This document shows, piece by piece, positions 13,281 to 26,132 of a stretch of 64,000 nt of DNA; the stretch's first letter is position 1; each line of letters begins with the position of its first letter. Source of the stretch: Terriglobia bacterium (GTDB taxonomy: Bacteria > Acidobacteriota > Terriglobia > 20CM-2-55-15); the NCBI GenBank assembly GCA_965198225.1, contig CBDAOY010000009.1:64001-128000 (forward strand). Direction: 5' to 3'. The notes below the pieces were generated by a model, which saw only the letters and a program-made list of their open reading frames with translations, did not search any database and had not been told where the DNA came from. Position numbers and translations under genes: made by a program.

Positions 13281-13352
13281 ATGCGACATCTCTGCCGACC
13301 AGCACGCGAAACGTTTATGAGTAGAGCGAGCGCCTTAGGTAAAAGTTGTAGT

Positions 13353-16348
<2,996 letters not shown>

Positions 16349-16423
16349 TTATTGATCTAATCACTACCAAGTTCTTCCTATCGCGCTCATTGCCCATCAA
16401 TATTCTTTTGTTAAGGATCTCGT

Positions 16424-16558
16424 GTAGGTGCGGTCTATGACCGCACATCCGATCACGGCGTAGGTGCGGTCTATGACCGCACAATCCGATCTTTGAAAGA
16501 ATTTCTTCTGTAGGGTCGCTTTACGGGCACCAATTGTGCGGTCATAGACCGCACCTGC
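16424..16558. repeat. REP cluster in the 23S-5S spacer
   Basis: Forward copies 16424-16446 and 16460-16482, degenerate copy ~16510-16531, reverse copy 16536-16558. Confidence 0.9.
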
Positions 16559-16570
16559 AGAACACCATTT

Positions 16571-16688
<118 letters not shown>

Positions 16689-16700
16689 ATTAATTGAAGG

Positions 16701-16740
16701 AAAGCCCCGACAATTGGAAGTTGTCGGGGCTTTTCTGTTT
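16701..16740 (+). terminator. rRNA operon terminator
   Basis: AAAGCCCCGACAA-TTGGAAG-TTGTCGGGGCTTTT. Confidence 0.9.
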
Positions 16741-16823
16741 TCCCGGTTATACTCTGCTTTCGGACGCCGGTTCCACGAAAACAACTGGCGCGTTCTAAGA
16801 ACGTCCGAATTGCGAGGAGACGC

Positions 16824-17279
16824 GTGACAATCCAGAGTTCTGTCCTCATCGCCCTGCTCTTCCTGCCTCAGGCGCCGCAACCAGAGTCGCCCTGGACCAC
16901 GGCCGACCTCGGCTGGCTTTCCGGCACCTGGCAGACCGAGGGCGAAACCCGCATCGAGGAACACTGGACCGAACCCGCCGGAGGGCTGATGCTCGGCCTC
17001 AATCGGACGATTCGGAGCGGACGCGCCATGGCTTTCGAGTTCCTTCGGATCGAAACCCGCCCGAACGGTCTGTTCTACGTGGCACAACCGGACGGAAGAG
17101 AGGGAACGGATTTCCAACTCGTCGAACTGACGCCGTCGCGGGCGACGTTCGAGAACATGGAGCACGACTATCCAAAGCGGATCGTCTACAGGAGGAACCA
17201 CGACGGCACCCTGACTGCAGAGATTTCCGGCACCCGCGACCAACCCGTGGGGAGATTTCACTTCAGGCCGGACGGCTGA
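16824..17279 (+). CDS. Exported hypothetical protein (DUF6265-like)
   Basis: Signal peptide, LGWLSGTW, EEHW, FEN.EHDYPKRIVY; SD GAGGAG before the GTG start. Confidence 0.75.
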   Translation: MTIQSSVLIALLFLPQAPQPESPWTTADLGWLSGTWQTEGETRIEEHWTEPAGGLMLGLNRTIRSGRAMAFEFLRIETRPNGLFYVAQPDGREGTDFQLVELTPSRATFENMEHDYPKRIVYRRNHDGTLTAEISGTRDQPVGRFHFRPDG

Positions 17280-17383
17280 GGACCGTTTTCCCTGTCCGAG
17301 ACCGGTTGAGGAAGACCGCCTGCGTCCCACCGGGAGAGCCTCTCCGGCCGATCGCGCACCTCGGGGGCGACCTCGTGGGAAAC

Positions 17384-17863
17384 TCAGTCGCGCTCGATCT
17401 CGACCGCTACCAATTGACCTTCGTGAAGTTCGACTTCAACCTCGACAGGCATACCCACAACCAGCGAACTGGGGTCAAGACCGTCGAAACGCGTGGACTC
17501 GTTCAGAACGACCTGCACAGGACCCAGGGTCAGAATACTCCGAACGGGATCGATGCCGGTGATGAGTCCTTCGATGCTCGATTCGCTATCGTCGTTCTCG
17601 ATCTCCATCTCATGTGCGATCAGTCGACCGGAGTCATCGACGATGACTTCCAGCTCCAAATGGATTCCGGCCCTCAAATTCCCAACACCGGGAACGTTCG
17701 CGGCTTCCACGACTACTCGCCCCTCAAAGAGGGCAATGGTTGTCCCGCTCATGCTCGACACCGTCCCTTCGAACTCCATTTCCGTCATCGAAGAATCCTG
17801 ACCGTCAGGCTGGGCGGGCCAGGCCAGGAGCATTGTTGCAACCAGCACTGAAAACACTTTCAT
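17384..17863 (-). CDS. Exported OB-fold repeat protein (DUF5666-like)
   Basis: AGGAG then ATG at 17863, signal peptide, two repeats of the (F/I)EG...VEVE...LxAxEIE type. Confidence 0.7.
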   Translation of the reverse strand: MKVFSVLVATMLLAWPAQPDGQDSSMTEMEFEGTVSSMSGTTIALFEGRVVVEAANVPGVGNLRAGIHLELEVIVDDSGRLIAHEMEIENDDSESSIEGLITGIDPVRSILTLGPVQVVLNESTRFDGLDPSSLVVGMPVEVEVELHEGQLVAVEIERD

Positions 17864-18007
17864 ATCCGACTCCTTGTCAGGAGGCCGGTGGACCCCCTCG
17901 AGGGCAACAATACTTCCAGGCCCTGAAGATTCTCTGAACCCACTCGCGGTCACAGCCGGTGCAAGATGGTATTCTGCGGGCCCTATTTCACGCAGGAGTT
18001 CGCACTG

Positions 18008-18910
18008 GTGCCCGAACTACCCGACATCCAGGTTTATATCGAGGCGCTTGAACGCACGGTTCTCGGCCAGCGTATAGAGGGCATCCGTGTCGCCAGTCCG
18101 TTCCTAGTCCGTAGCATCGAACCCCCGGTGGAAAGGTTCAAGGGACGACGGGTGACCGGTTTCAAGCGGCTGGGAAAGCGGATCGTGATCGGGTTCGACG
18201 GCGATTACTTCCTCGTCCTGCATCTGATGATCGCCGGCCGGCTCCGGTGGAAGAAGAAGGGCGCAGGGCTTCCGGGGAGGATCGGTCTGGCGGCCTTCGA
18301 CCTCCAAAACGGAACGCTCCTGCTGACCGAGGCCGGCAGCAAGCGCCGCGTTTCTCTTTACGCCGTGGAGGGACGTGAGGGCCTGGCCGCCCACGACCGG
18401 GGCGGGATCGACGTCCTCGAGTGCACTCCGGACGAATTTCAACGGCGGCTCGTGGCAGGAAACCACACTCTGAAGCGCGCGCTCTGCGACCCGGCCAGCT
18501 TCAGCGGAATCGGCAACGCGTATTCGGATGAGATCCTTCACGCCGCGGGTCTGTCTCCGCTGCAACTGACCCGGAATCTCGAACCCGGAGAGATTGCAAC
18601 ACTGTTCGAAAAGACCCGCCAGACCCTCGAACTCTGGATCGACCGGCTCCGGGAGGAAGTCGGTTCCGATTTCCCGGACAAGGTGACCGCCTTCCGTCCC
18701 GAGATGGCCGTGCATGGGAAGCATCGGCAGGCCTGCCCGACGTGCGGCTCGCCAATTCAGCGGATCGTCTACGCGGCAAACGAAGTCAACTACTGCGCCC
18801 GCTGTCAGACAGGAGGAAAAGTCCTGAGGGACCGAGCCCTATCCCGACTCCTGAAAGCGGACTGGCCGCGGTCGATCGACGAGATGGAAGCCCTCAGGCC
18901 CGGAAACTGA
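18008..18910 (+). CDS. Fpg/Nei family DNA glycosylase/AP lyase
   Basis: N-terminal PELPD, RLGKR, HLMIAG, GIGNAYSDEILH, C-terminal CPTC...CARCQ zinc finger; GTG at 18008 after AGGAG. Confidence 0.92.
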   Translation: MPELPDIQVYIEALERTVLGQRIEGIRVASPFLVRSIEPPVERFKGRRVTGFKRLGKRIVIGFDGDYFLVLHLMIAGRLRWKKKGAGLPGRIGLAAFDLQNGTLLLTEAGSKRRVSLYAVEGREGLAAHDRGGIDVLECTPDEFQRRLVAGNHTLKRALCDPASFSGIGNAYSDEILHAAGLSPLQLTRNLEPGEIATLFEKTRQTLELWIDRLREEVGSDFPDKVTAFRPEMAVHGKHRQACPTCGSPIQRIVYAANEVNYCARCQTGGKVLRDRALSRLLKADWPRSIDEMEALRPGN

Positions 18911-19462
18911 TTCCGCGCAGCGGCGTCCACGTCCGGCCGTACGCGAACCAGCATGCCAGCGCCAGCGAGCCGCAAAGGACGGCTCCGAGGGGAAAGTCGG
19001 TCCAGAGCCAATAGGAACCGGTGCCGTCAAACCGGAAGGCAAACACCGAAAGCGTGAAGAAAATGCCGAATCCCATGAAGACGCTGCGCCGATGCACTTT
19101 GCGCTTCGCCCGCAGCAGGCTTTCCATCTGTTCGTCAGGGGCCTGTATGGAAGGCGACGTGCTCTCGAACGGGAACTTCCATTCCTCCCGAACCAGCACA
19201 CCAAATTCAGGATCCTCGGCCAGGAAGACATCGACAAGGGTCCGTGTGTCGGCACTCGCCTCGCCCGACATGTAGGCTGGAAGCAGGTCGGTAATGCTTT
19301 TACTGTCTCGACCCGGATGCGATCGCTCACAGTCCACGCGCGCACGAAGGTCTCGGAGGCGATATCCCGCGCTGTGGAGGCGTCTCCGGACAGGAACAGC
19401 GCGAACCGGTAGACGTCGGGGTTGTAGTGTTCGTAAAGTGTGCCGAACTCGACCGCGTCCAT
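18894..19462 (-). pseudogene. Deletion-fused ECF sigma factor (5' half) and anti-sigma factor (3' part)
   Basis: The sigma region-2 frame ends at ...IRVETVKA (~19295); an anti-sigma-like frame ITDLLPAYMSGEASADTR plus 2 TM helices begins there without a start codon. Confidence 0.75.
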
Positions 19463-19583
19463 GGCTGTTTAAGATATGCGGGAAGACCAAAAAAGTTACA
19501 GCAGGTAGCAGAAAAAATGTCTCATCGAATGGCTCACAAACACCGGAATGTTATAAGATTGCCGATATTTTTCGGGCGTTAGC

Positions 19584-20387
19584 GTGAGGACGCGCCCGAT
19601 CGAAATCCAAGGAGCGAATGACTTGCGTAGCATTCTTCTAATGCCTCTGCTGATGCTCACCGGTGGCCTGATTATGTCCTCGGGAGACGCCGCCGGCGCT
19701 GAACCCATCGAGCAGAACTCCGAGCGGTGGACCACCTGGCACGGCATCTACACCGAATCGGAAGCTGACAGTGGATGGTACGGGTACGGATCCAGGTGTG
19801 CCCGCTGTCATGGAGAGAACCTGGAAGGCGGCAGCGGTCCGCCATTGGTGGGTGACCGGTTCATGGAGAGCTGGCGCGAGGACACCTTGGACAGTCTGTT
19901 CAGGAGGATCAGCAAGATGCCCCCTCAGGGACCGTGGCTGGACGACCAGACCTACCTCGACATCCTGGGCTACATGCTGCAAGCGAACGGGTACCCCTCC
20001 GGTAGCTACCGACTCAGCACCGACACTCTCGAGACAGTCTGGATCGAAGGCATGAACGGGCCAGAACCGGTACCGGACCGGGCGATCGTCGAAGTCGTCG
20101 GCTGCCTGGCGCAAGCGAGTGGTGAATGGATTCTGACGAAAGCCAGTGAACCGGTTCGAGCCCGGCAGTCGGAAAAAACGAATCCCGAGGACTTGAAGGC
20201 AGCCGAGTCCAAACCGCTGGGGAATTACGAGTTCCTGCTGACGAATTTCTACATGCTCGGTGCATTCGATCCCGATCCCTATTTGGAACACAAGATGCTG
20301 GCCAAAGGAGCCCTCAACAGACGGTCGGATGGCGACCGGATCAGCCTGACGGGTTTAGGCATGGTTGCTGACAGTTGCGAGTGGTAA
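19584..20387 (+). CDS. Exported monoheme cytochrome c with an extra C-terminal beta domain
   Basis: CARCH heme motif, GPPL.G, MPP axial Met, hydrophobic leader; true start may be further downstream. Confidence 0.85.
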   Translation: MRTRPIEIQGANDLRSILLMPLLMLTGGLIMSSGDAAGAEPIEQNSERWTTWHGIYTESEADSGWYGYGSRCARCHGENLEGGSGPPLVGDRFMESWREDTLDSLFRRISKMPPQGPWLDDQTYLDILGYMLQANGYPSGSYRLSTDTLETVWIEGMNGPEPVPDRAIVEVVGCLAQASGEWILTKASEPVRARQSEKTNPEDLKAAESKPLGNYEFLLTNFYMLGAFDPDPYLEHKMLAKGALNRRSDGDRISLTGLGMVADSCEW

Positions 20388-20417
20388 CAGACTAGAACAG
20401 GCAGGGTACTTAGGACT

Positions 20418-20461
20418 AAAGAGCCCCGACCGGGTCCGAACGGCCGGGGCTTTGTTGTTTC
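20418..20461 (+). terminator. Intrinsic terminator (possibly bidirectional)
   Basis: AGCCCCGACCG...CGGCCGGGGCT-TTGTTGTTT. Confidence 0.7.
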
Positions 20462-20662
20462 TCGAGGGGAACCGCCAGCTAGATCGAAGACGCTCGGATT
20501 TCCGCCAGCAATTCGCGTCGAAGGGCATCCAGTTTCTCGGCCATCGAACCGAGACGCCCGTCGATCTTCTCATGCAGCGCCGCCAGGCGACGTCATCAAT
20601 CATGGCTTCGTCCACGGGCCGGTGAGGGGCAAGTTGATCCCAACACTAGCTATGACTCGGTC

Positions 20663-21874
20663 ATGCTCGAAGCCTGCAACGCCAGTTTCCAGATCCACCT
20701 GCAGGTTGCTCCGGACGAGTTTACGCGAGCCTACAACGCGGCGCAGGCTTACGCCGGTCCGATTCTGGCAGCTGCAACCAACTCCCCGATGCTGTTCGGT
20801 CGACGCCTCTGGCAGGAAACGCGGATCGCCCTCTTCCAGCAAGCGGTCGAAACGCGAGACCCGACCATGGAGCATCGCGAGACTCCGGAGCGGGTGAATT
20901 TTGGAAAGCGATGGCTGAAGGGCTCCCCGGTCGACCTGTTCCGGGAAGACATCACGCACTTCAAGACCTTGCTGGTGCCGCCCGCTATGGACGACTCCGA
21001 AGACCCGCTCGCAATGCTCGAGCGGGGTCAGATCCCGGGACTCGGCGCGCTGTGTCTGCAGAACGGCACGATCTGGCGGTGGAACCGCCCCTGCTACGGA
21101 ATCACCGCCGGAAAACCCCACTTCCGGATCGAGAACAGGCTTCTCCCCGCGGGCCCCTCGATACCGGATCAGGTCGCGAACGCGGTACTCTGGCTGGGTC
21201 TCATGAACCACGCGGTTCAACGCCAGGAGGACTTCGCCGAACTGATGGATTTCGAATCGGTGAAGGAGAACTTCATCGCGGCGAGCCGGCAGGGGCTGAA
21301 GGCGCAGTTCTCGTGGATCGGCGGCGAGATCGTTCCCGCGCAGCGGTTCGTCGAGGACGAGCTACTTCCCCGGGCGCGGGAGGGCCTGAGTGCGGCGGGA
21401 GTGAACGCTTCTGACGCCGAGCGCTATCTCGGAATCCTCGGAGAAAGGGTTCGCTCCGGAAAAACGGGCTCGGGCTGGATGCTGCGTTCGATGGCCGACA
21501 TGAAGAACCAGGGCACTGCCAGCGAACGTCACAGCGCCTTGAGCAGGGCCATCGCCTCGCGACAAACAAAGGGACGACCCGTCCATGAGTGGTCGCTGGC
21601 CGCACTCCGGGAGGCGGGTGGGTGGCAGCACCACTATGTCCAGGTCGAGCAGTTCATGACGACCGAGATCTTCACGGTTCACGAAGAGGACTCCGTCGAT
21701 CTGGTGGCCAACCTCATGCGCTGGGAAGGCATCCGCCATGTCCTGGTCGAGAACCACGAACACCGGCTCGTCGGCCTTGTATCCTACCGGGCGCTCCTCC
21801 GCGTACTCGCGGAGAAACGATCCCCGGATGAAGACTCCCTTCCGGTCTCAGCAGTCAGTAAGTCAAGATGGTGA
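20663..21874 (+). pseudogene. Truncated glutamate-cysteine ligase-like (GCS2) protein with a single CBS domain
   Basis: SFQIHLQV, NSPMLFG, WRWNRP, RIENR motifs; starts mid-domain at DSVMLEAC; only one CBS repeat before the stop. Confidence 0.65.
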
Positions 21875-21902
21875 CCGGCAACTGACAAATGGCTGCGGGC
21901 TG

Positions 21903-22280
21903 CTAAGCCGACTCCGGTAACTCCACGAGAGTTACGATGTTGCCGTCCGGGTCTTTGAAATGCGCAAGTGTTCCGCCCCAGGGTTGTTTCTCGGGCTCTC
22001 CAATAAACTCGACCTCTCGTTCGGACAGCCTGTCGAAAGTGTCGTTGATGTTCGGGACCTCGAGCGACGCGGCAAGGTTTCGCGGAACAAGTTCGGATGC
22101 CTCCTCGTCGTCCCTTGCGATGAATTCCAGAAGAAGCTTGGTCGGCCCAGTGTCGAACATCGCAAAACCAGACCCGGGGTCCTCGACCTCCGCTCGAAGG
22201 CCGATGGTGTCCCTGTAGAAGTTCAACGCGGCATCGAAGTCACAGGTAAAAACCCGAACCGCAGATAGTCTGTACGTCAC
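21903..22280 (-). CDS. VOC/glyoxalase family protein
   Basis: FYRDTIGL, PEKQPWGG, FKDPDGN. Confidence 0.9.
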   Translation of the reverse strand: MTYRLSAVRVFTCDFDAALNFYRDTIGLRAEVEDPGSGFAMFDTGPTKLLLEFIARDDEEASELVPRNLAASLEVPNINDTFDRLSEREVEFIGEPEKQPWGGTLAHFKDPDGNIVTLVELPESA

Positions 22281-22330
22281 AATTCCCCCTCCGGCACTCT
22301 TCCGACAACTGACTACTGGCTACAATTCTT

Positions 22331-22932
22331 CTACATCTCGTTGTCGGGCTGCTCCTCTTCGCCTGATTCGTCCTGGACATCCAGCGCGATAATTCGCGAT
22401 ATCTCTGCGGACCACAATCTTGCCTCCGTGACCCATAGGAACGGTTTCAACAGGATACGCTTGCCGGTTTTCGTCTCGAGGAACACTGGATAGCGCACCA
22501 TCCTCCCCACGTTGGCTTCGCCGGGCTTCGGACCCAGCTTCTCGGTGATTGCCATGGACCGGAACTTCGAGAAATCGTATTCACGTGAGAAGACCGGCAA
22601 GGGTACCCAGCCCCACCATCGACGAATCTTTCGACGGCGACCGTCGATGACGACGCCGCGGCCGATCAGGAAGATGACGACCCCGACACCCGCCAAAAGC
22701 AATCCTGTAGGGACTCCATGAAAAGGCAGGATCAAACCGATAAAGGCAACGTCCAGACTGCCCAGGATCAAGCCGACGCCGATCACAGGCAGATGGGAAC
22801 GCTCCGTCGAAACTCTATCGTGTTGGGACCCGATCTGCGAATCTGCGTGTACTCATCCCAGACGCCCCACTCCGAAGAGATTGGCTGGAGCTTGAACTGT
22901 CGGCGTTTTCGGCCTCCCGATGACGAACTCAT
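22331..22932 (-). CDS. Hypothetical membrane protein, possibly split by a frameshift at ~22785
   Basis: Two abutting ORFs (22783..22974 and 22331..22786); two TM helices followed by a soluble domain. Confidence 0.5.
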
Positions 22933-23025
22933 GCACGGTCCCCGTTCACCCGTCGGCCGTACTGACACAGGCATTGCGGTACGAGCGTCACCAGTAGTCC
23001 GGCAGTCAGGTGGAAGAAGAGCGGA

Positions 23026-23373
23026 TTACTGGCTACTGCCCAGCTGGGCGGCGTAGGTCTGCACGGCAATCTTGTCGTCGCGGACCACGAAAGTGTCGGT
23101 TCCCAGCAGAATCCACGGGAGCGCTTCCCAGTGGATGTAGGCAACTTCTCCGACAACTTCCTTTCGGCAAATCTTGAACGCTTCCCATATCCCCTCAGGT
23201 AGCCCTTTCACAAAGTCGGTGAAAAAGGCACGGAGCTCTTCCAGACCGCGGTAGGTCCCCTCCGGTGCGATGACGACCGAGTCTTCCGTGTAATCGGCCA
23301 TGATCGAATCGATTCCCTCGCCAAAGGCCTGAAGATGGTGGTTCAGGACTGCCTCAGTTCTATCGGTCGACAT
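23026..23373 (-). CDS. SnoaL/NTF2-like protein
   Basis: HHLQAF, DYTEDSV, GTDTFVVRDDKIAVQT. Confidence 0.85.
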   Translation of the reverse strand: MSTDRTEAVLNHHLQAFGEGIDSIMADYTEDSVVIAPEGTYRGLEELRAFFTDFVKGLPEGIWEAFKICRKEVVGEVAYIHWEALPWILLGTDTFVVRDDKIAVQTYAAQLGSSQ

Positions 23374-23425
23374 AGGCTCTCATGTCTCCTTTCCTCTCGG
23401 TTCACATATAACTGACGACGCCCTA

Positions 23426-24133
23426 CTAAGTGACCAGATATCGCGTCTCCAGCGGTTCCTCGACGACCCGTCCGTCGACGGCGGCGACGCGATAGGCCCT
23501 GGCATTCGGCCGTGACGAAACCGCGGCATGGATGTCGCCGTCGATCAAATGCAACGCGACCCCGTCGTCCATGGCGTAGCCGGTCTTGGCAGCTCCTTTT
23601 TTCAGGACACGATGGTACGAGGGCCTGCGGTCGACTTCACCATCGTAATGGGGACTGCAGCTTCCTGGCACGAATCCCAGACAGTCGAGTACGGCCAGTT
23701 CCTCCGCATAGGAGTCGGTCAGGCCCTGTTCAAACCAACAGATGGCGCCGGCGCTGACGCCGGCCATCACGACACCGTCCCTCCATGCTTTCTCGAGCAA
23801 CTCCGTAAGACCCCATTCCCGCCAGAGAGCGAGCATGCTCTTTGTATTGCCGCCACCGACGTATATGACGTCCTGAGCCTGTATCAGCGAACGCAGATCG
23901 GGAGTCCTGTCGAAGAGCATCAGGTGGGAAGGCCGGCAGTCGAGTTGGGAATAGGCGGCATAGAAGGCCTGAATGTAGCCCGCGGAATCGCCTGATGCCG
24001 TCGGAACGAAACAGACGGCGGGGTTCGAGACCGCCGCCTGTTCGAGAATGTAGCGATCGAGCGCCAAATCGTTCGTGTCGGATGAGAATCCGCCTCCGCC
24101 AAGCGCAACAATCTGCTTCGTCGGGCCACTCAT
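23426..24133 (-). CDS. Peptidase E (S51) family protein
   Basis: GGGGFS, PTASGD, YVGGGNT, GVSAGA, PHYD. Confidence 0.9.
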   Translation of the reverse strand: MSGPTKQIVALGGGGFSSDTNDLALDRYILEQAAVSNPAVCFVPTASGDSAGYIQAFYAAYSQLDCRPSHLMLFDRTPDLRSLIQAQDVIYVGGGNTKSMLALWREWGLTELLEKAWRDGVVMAGVSAGAICWFEQGLTDSYAEELAVLDCLGFVPGSCSPHYDGEVDRRPSYHRVLKKGAAKTGYAMDDGVALHLIDGDIHAAVSSRPNARAYRVAAVDGRVVEEPLETRYLVT

Positions 24134-24286
24134 TTGTTAATTGTCATAGTGGGTCGTCCGTTAAGAAGTATTGATGGCTTTCCGACTTGTCACCAGTCAG
24201 TCGTCACTTGTCACTGGTTGTAACAGGCCATTGATCCCTTACGTCCGATCAGTCTACCGAGAAAGCACGGGTCGGACACATTGGAA

Positions 24287-24455
24287 TGTTCGATTTCGAA
24301 CAGTTCAGACCGGAAACGGACGAGATGTACCGGGTTCGCAGTCCCAAAGTCGAGACCGATCACGTCGGCCGAAGCCGAAAACCTCCCTGTTTTCTTGAGG
24401 AAGGGCAACCGAATCTCCGTTCTCGTGTCTATCCAAACAATGGCACGGGACTTGC
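24287..24455 (+). promoter_or_regulatory. sigma54 (-24/-12) promoter with an upstream palindromic enhancer-like site
   Basis: TGGCACGGGACTTGC at 24441-24455; palindrome TGTTCGATTTCGAACA (TGT-N10-ACA) at 24287-24302. Confidence 0.7.
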
Positions 24456-24522
24456 CATGCACTGCTGTGGAAGAGTTTTTTTCTGAACGAAAAGCGCCCG
24501 AGCCTCGTAGAGATAGTAAGAG

Positions 24523-25179
24523 ATGACTCATTCCGACAGCGGAGAACACAGGATCCCGAACCAGGTGGTGAAAATGGCCGGCGGGGGCCACGGAACCGCC
24601 GAGGAACGGATCCTTGTCGAACGTGCCAAGGGTGGCAACCAGGAAGCGTTCGAGAAGCTGGTGCACATCTGCGACCGCGGTGTGCTCAGACTCGCCTATC
24701 GTAGTATGCTCGGAAACGCCGAAGACGCCCAGGACGCTTACCAGGAAACGTTCCTCAAGGCTTTTCGCTACCTCAGAAACTTCCGCTTCGAATCCAGCCT
24801 GAACACGTGGATATACCAGATCGCCACCAACGTCTGCCTGGACCGACTCCGCCAGCGGCAGAAGCGGCGAGAGTCGACGATGGACGAGGGGCGCACGGAC
24901 CCGGCGGACGCCTTTGCCGCGGTCACGGACTCGGCAACGTCGATGGCCAGTTCCTACACCAACCCGGAACGCAGGCTGTACGGTAAGGAGCTAGGCGAGC
25001 AGATCGACGCTGCGGTGAGAACTCTCTCAGAAAAAGAACGCCTGGTTTTTGAGATGAAGCACTACGGCGGCTTCAAGCTCCGGATCATCGGCGAAATCCT
25101 AAGGACCAGCGAGGGCGCCGCGAAGAACTACCTGTTCCGGGCCACCCGGAAACTGCGCGCCCAACTGGCGCGCGCCTGA
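24523..25179 (+). CDS. ECF sigma factor (sigma70 group 4)
   Basis: DAQDAYQETFLKAF, TWIYQIATNVCLD (region 2); LSEKERLVF...AKNYLFRATRKLR (region 4). Confidence 0.93.
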   Translation: MTHSDSGEHRIPNQVVKMAGGGHGTAEERILVERAKGGNQEAFEKLVHICDRGVLRLAYRSMLGNAEDAQDAYQETFLKAFRYLRNFRFESSLNTWIYQIATNVCLDRLRQRQKRRESTMDEGRTDPADAFAAVTDSATSMASSYTNPERRLYGKELGEQIDAAVRTLSEKERLVFEMKHYGGFKLRIIGEILRTSEGAAKNYLFRATRKLRAQLARA

Positions 25180-25325
25180 CTTTCCTCTCCTCGTAAGAAC
25201 CTCCCCGGGCGTCAGCTCCAAACGCGCATACATTGTGTATACTAGCAACCTGCGGCGGAAGCCTTATGTCTGCCGACAGCTCGTGGATCCTCGGTGAGTG
25301 GTGTGGCTCGGGAGGAAACCACAGG

Positions 25326-26114
25326 ATGCAGTTTCAAGACCTCTTCCGGGAGCCCGAGGTCGGGGTTCGGCTGGCCGAACACATGCCGGACTGGTTGCTG
25401 GTTTTCGACCGGAAGGGACCTCTGCTGGATGCCAACCGGAAGGCATGCGACGCCCTCGGATACTCCCACGACGAGTTGCTCTCGCTCAGCTTGTGGGACA
25501 TCACCCGGGGCTTCTCAGCCGATGAGTTCTCAACGCTCTTCGGGCCGATTCCCGAGCTGCCCCTCATCCTCACTGGATTCAGCCGGCACAAGAACGGTGG
25601 CATGCACCCGATCCAGGTACACGCCTGGGCGCACCGGCTCGACAACACCGAAATGATCCTGGCGGTCGTTCGGGACATAACCCAGAACGAGCTGGCAAAG
25701 AGGGCTCTGGAGGACAGCGAGGAAAGGTTCCGCAAGATCTTCGAGCATTCGAACGATGCGATCCTCGTCGTCGATCCCGAGAACGATGCGATACTGGACG
25801 CGAACCCGCAGGCTTGCTCGATGCTCGGCTACCCCTATCGCGAGTTGCGCTCTACACCCATCAGCTCCATCCATCCGCACGAAATGCCCGAGCTCCTGTC
25901 GTTTGCCGATTCGGTTCTCGAGGTGGGTAGCTGCTGGACCCATGAGCTGAGCTGCCGTACGAAGAGCGGGGTGGTTCTCCCTGCAGAGATTTCGGCGTCG
26001 CTGCTGGAGATCGACGACCGGCCGGTCGTGCTGGCCGTAATCCGGAACCTGGGCGAGGGCAACGTGGAGGAAGGTCGACTCCAGGCCCGCCCCCAGCAGG
26101 AACAGACGTCCTGA
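25326..26114 (+). CDS. Tandem PAS-PAS protein with no output domain
   Basis: Two DAN..AC..LGY PAS motifs with an RDIT...ALEDSEERFR linker; GGAGGA SD before ATG 25326. Confidence 0.85.
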   Translation: MQFQDLFREPEVGVRLAEHMPDWLLVFDRKGPLLDANRKACDALGYSHDELLSLSLWDITRGFSADEFSTLFGPIPELPLILTGFSRHKNGGMHPIQVHAWAHRLDNTEMILAVVRDITQNELAKRALEDSEERFRKIFEHSNDAILVVDPENDAILDANPQACSMLGYPYRELRSTPISSIHPHEMPELLSFADSVLEVGSCWTHELSCRTKSGVVLPAEISASLLEIDDRPVVLAVIRNLGEGNVEEGRLQARPQQEQTS

Positions 26115-26132
26115 CGGCTGACCGCCTCAGCC

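Noticed and set aside
16424-16482. Two identical 23-nt palindromic direct repeats resembling a mini CRISPR array
   Set aside because: The spacer is only 13 nt, the same unit is dispersed in both orientations across the window, and there are no cas genes; this is a REP cluster
22783-22790. Possible programmed frameshift in the membrane protein gene
   Set aside because: No slippery sequence; a simple indel, sequencing error or GTGA stop/start overlap explains it
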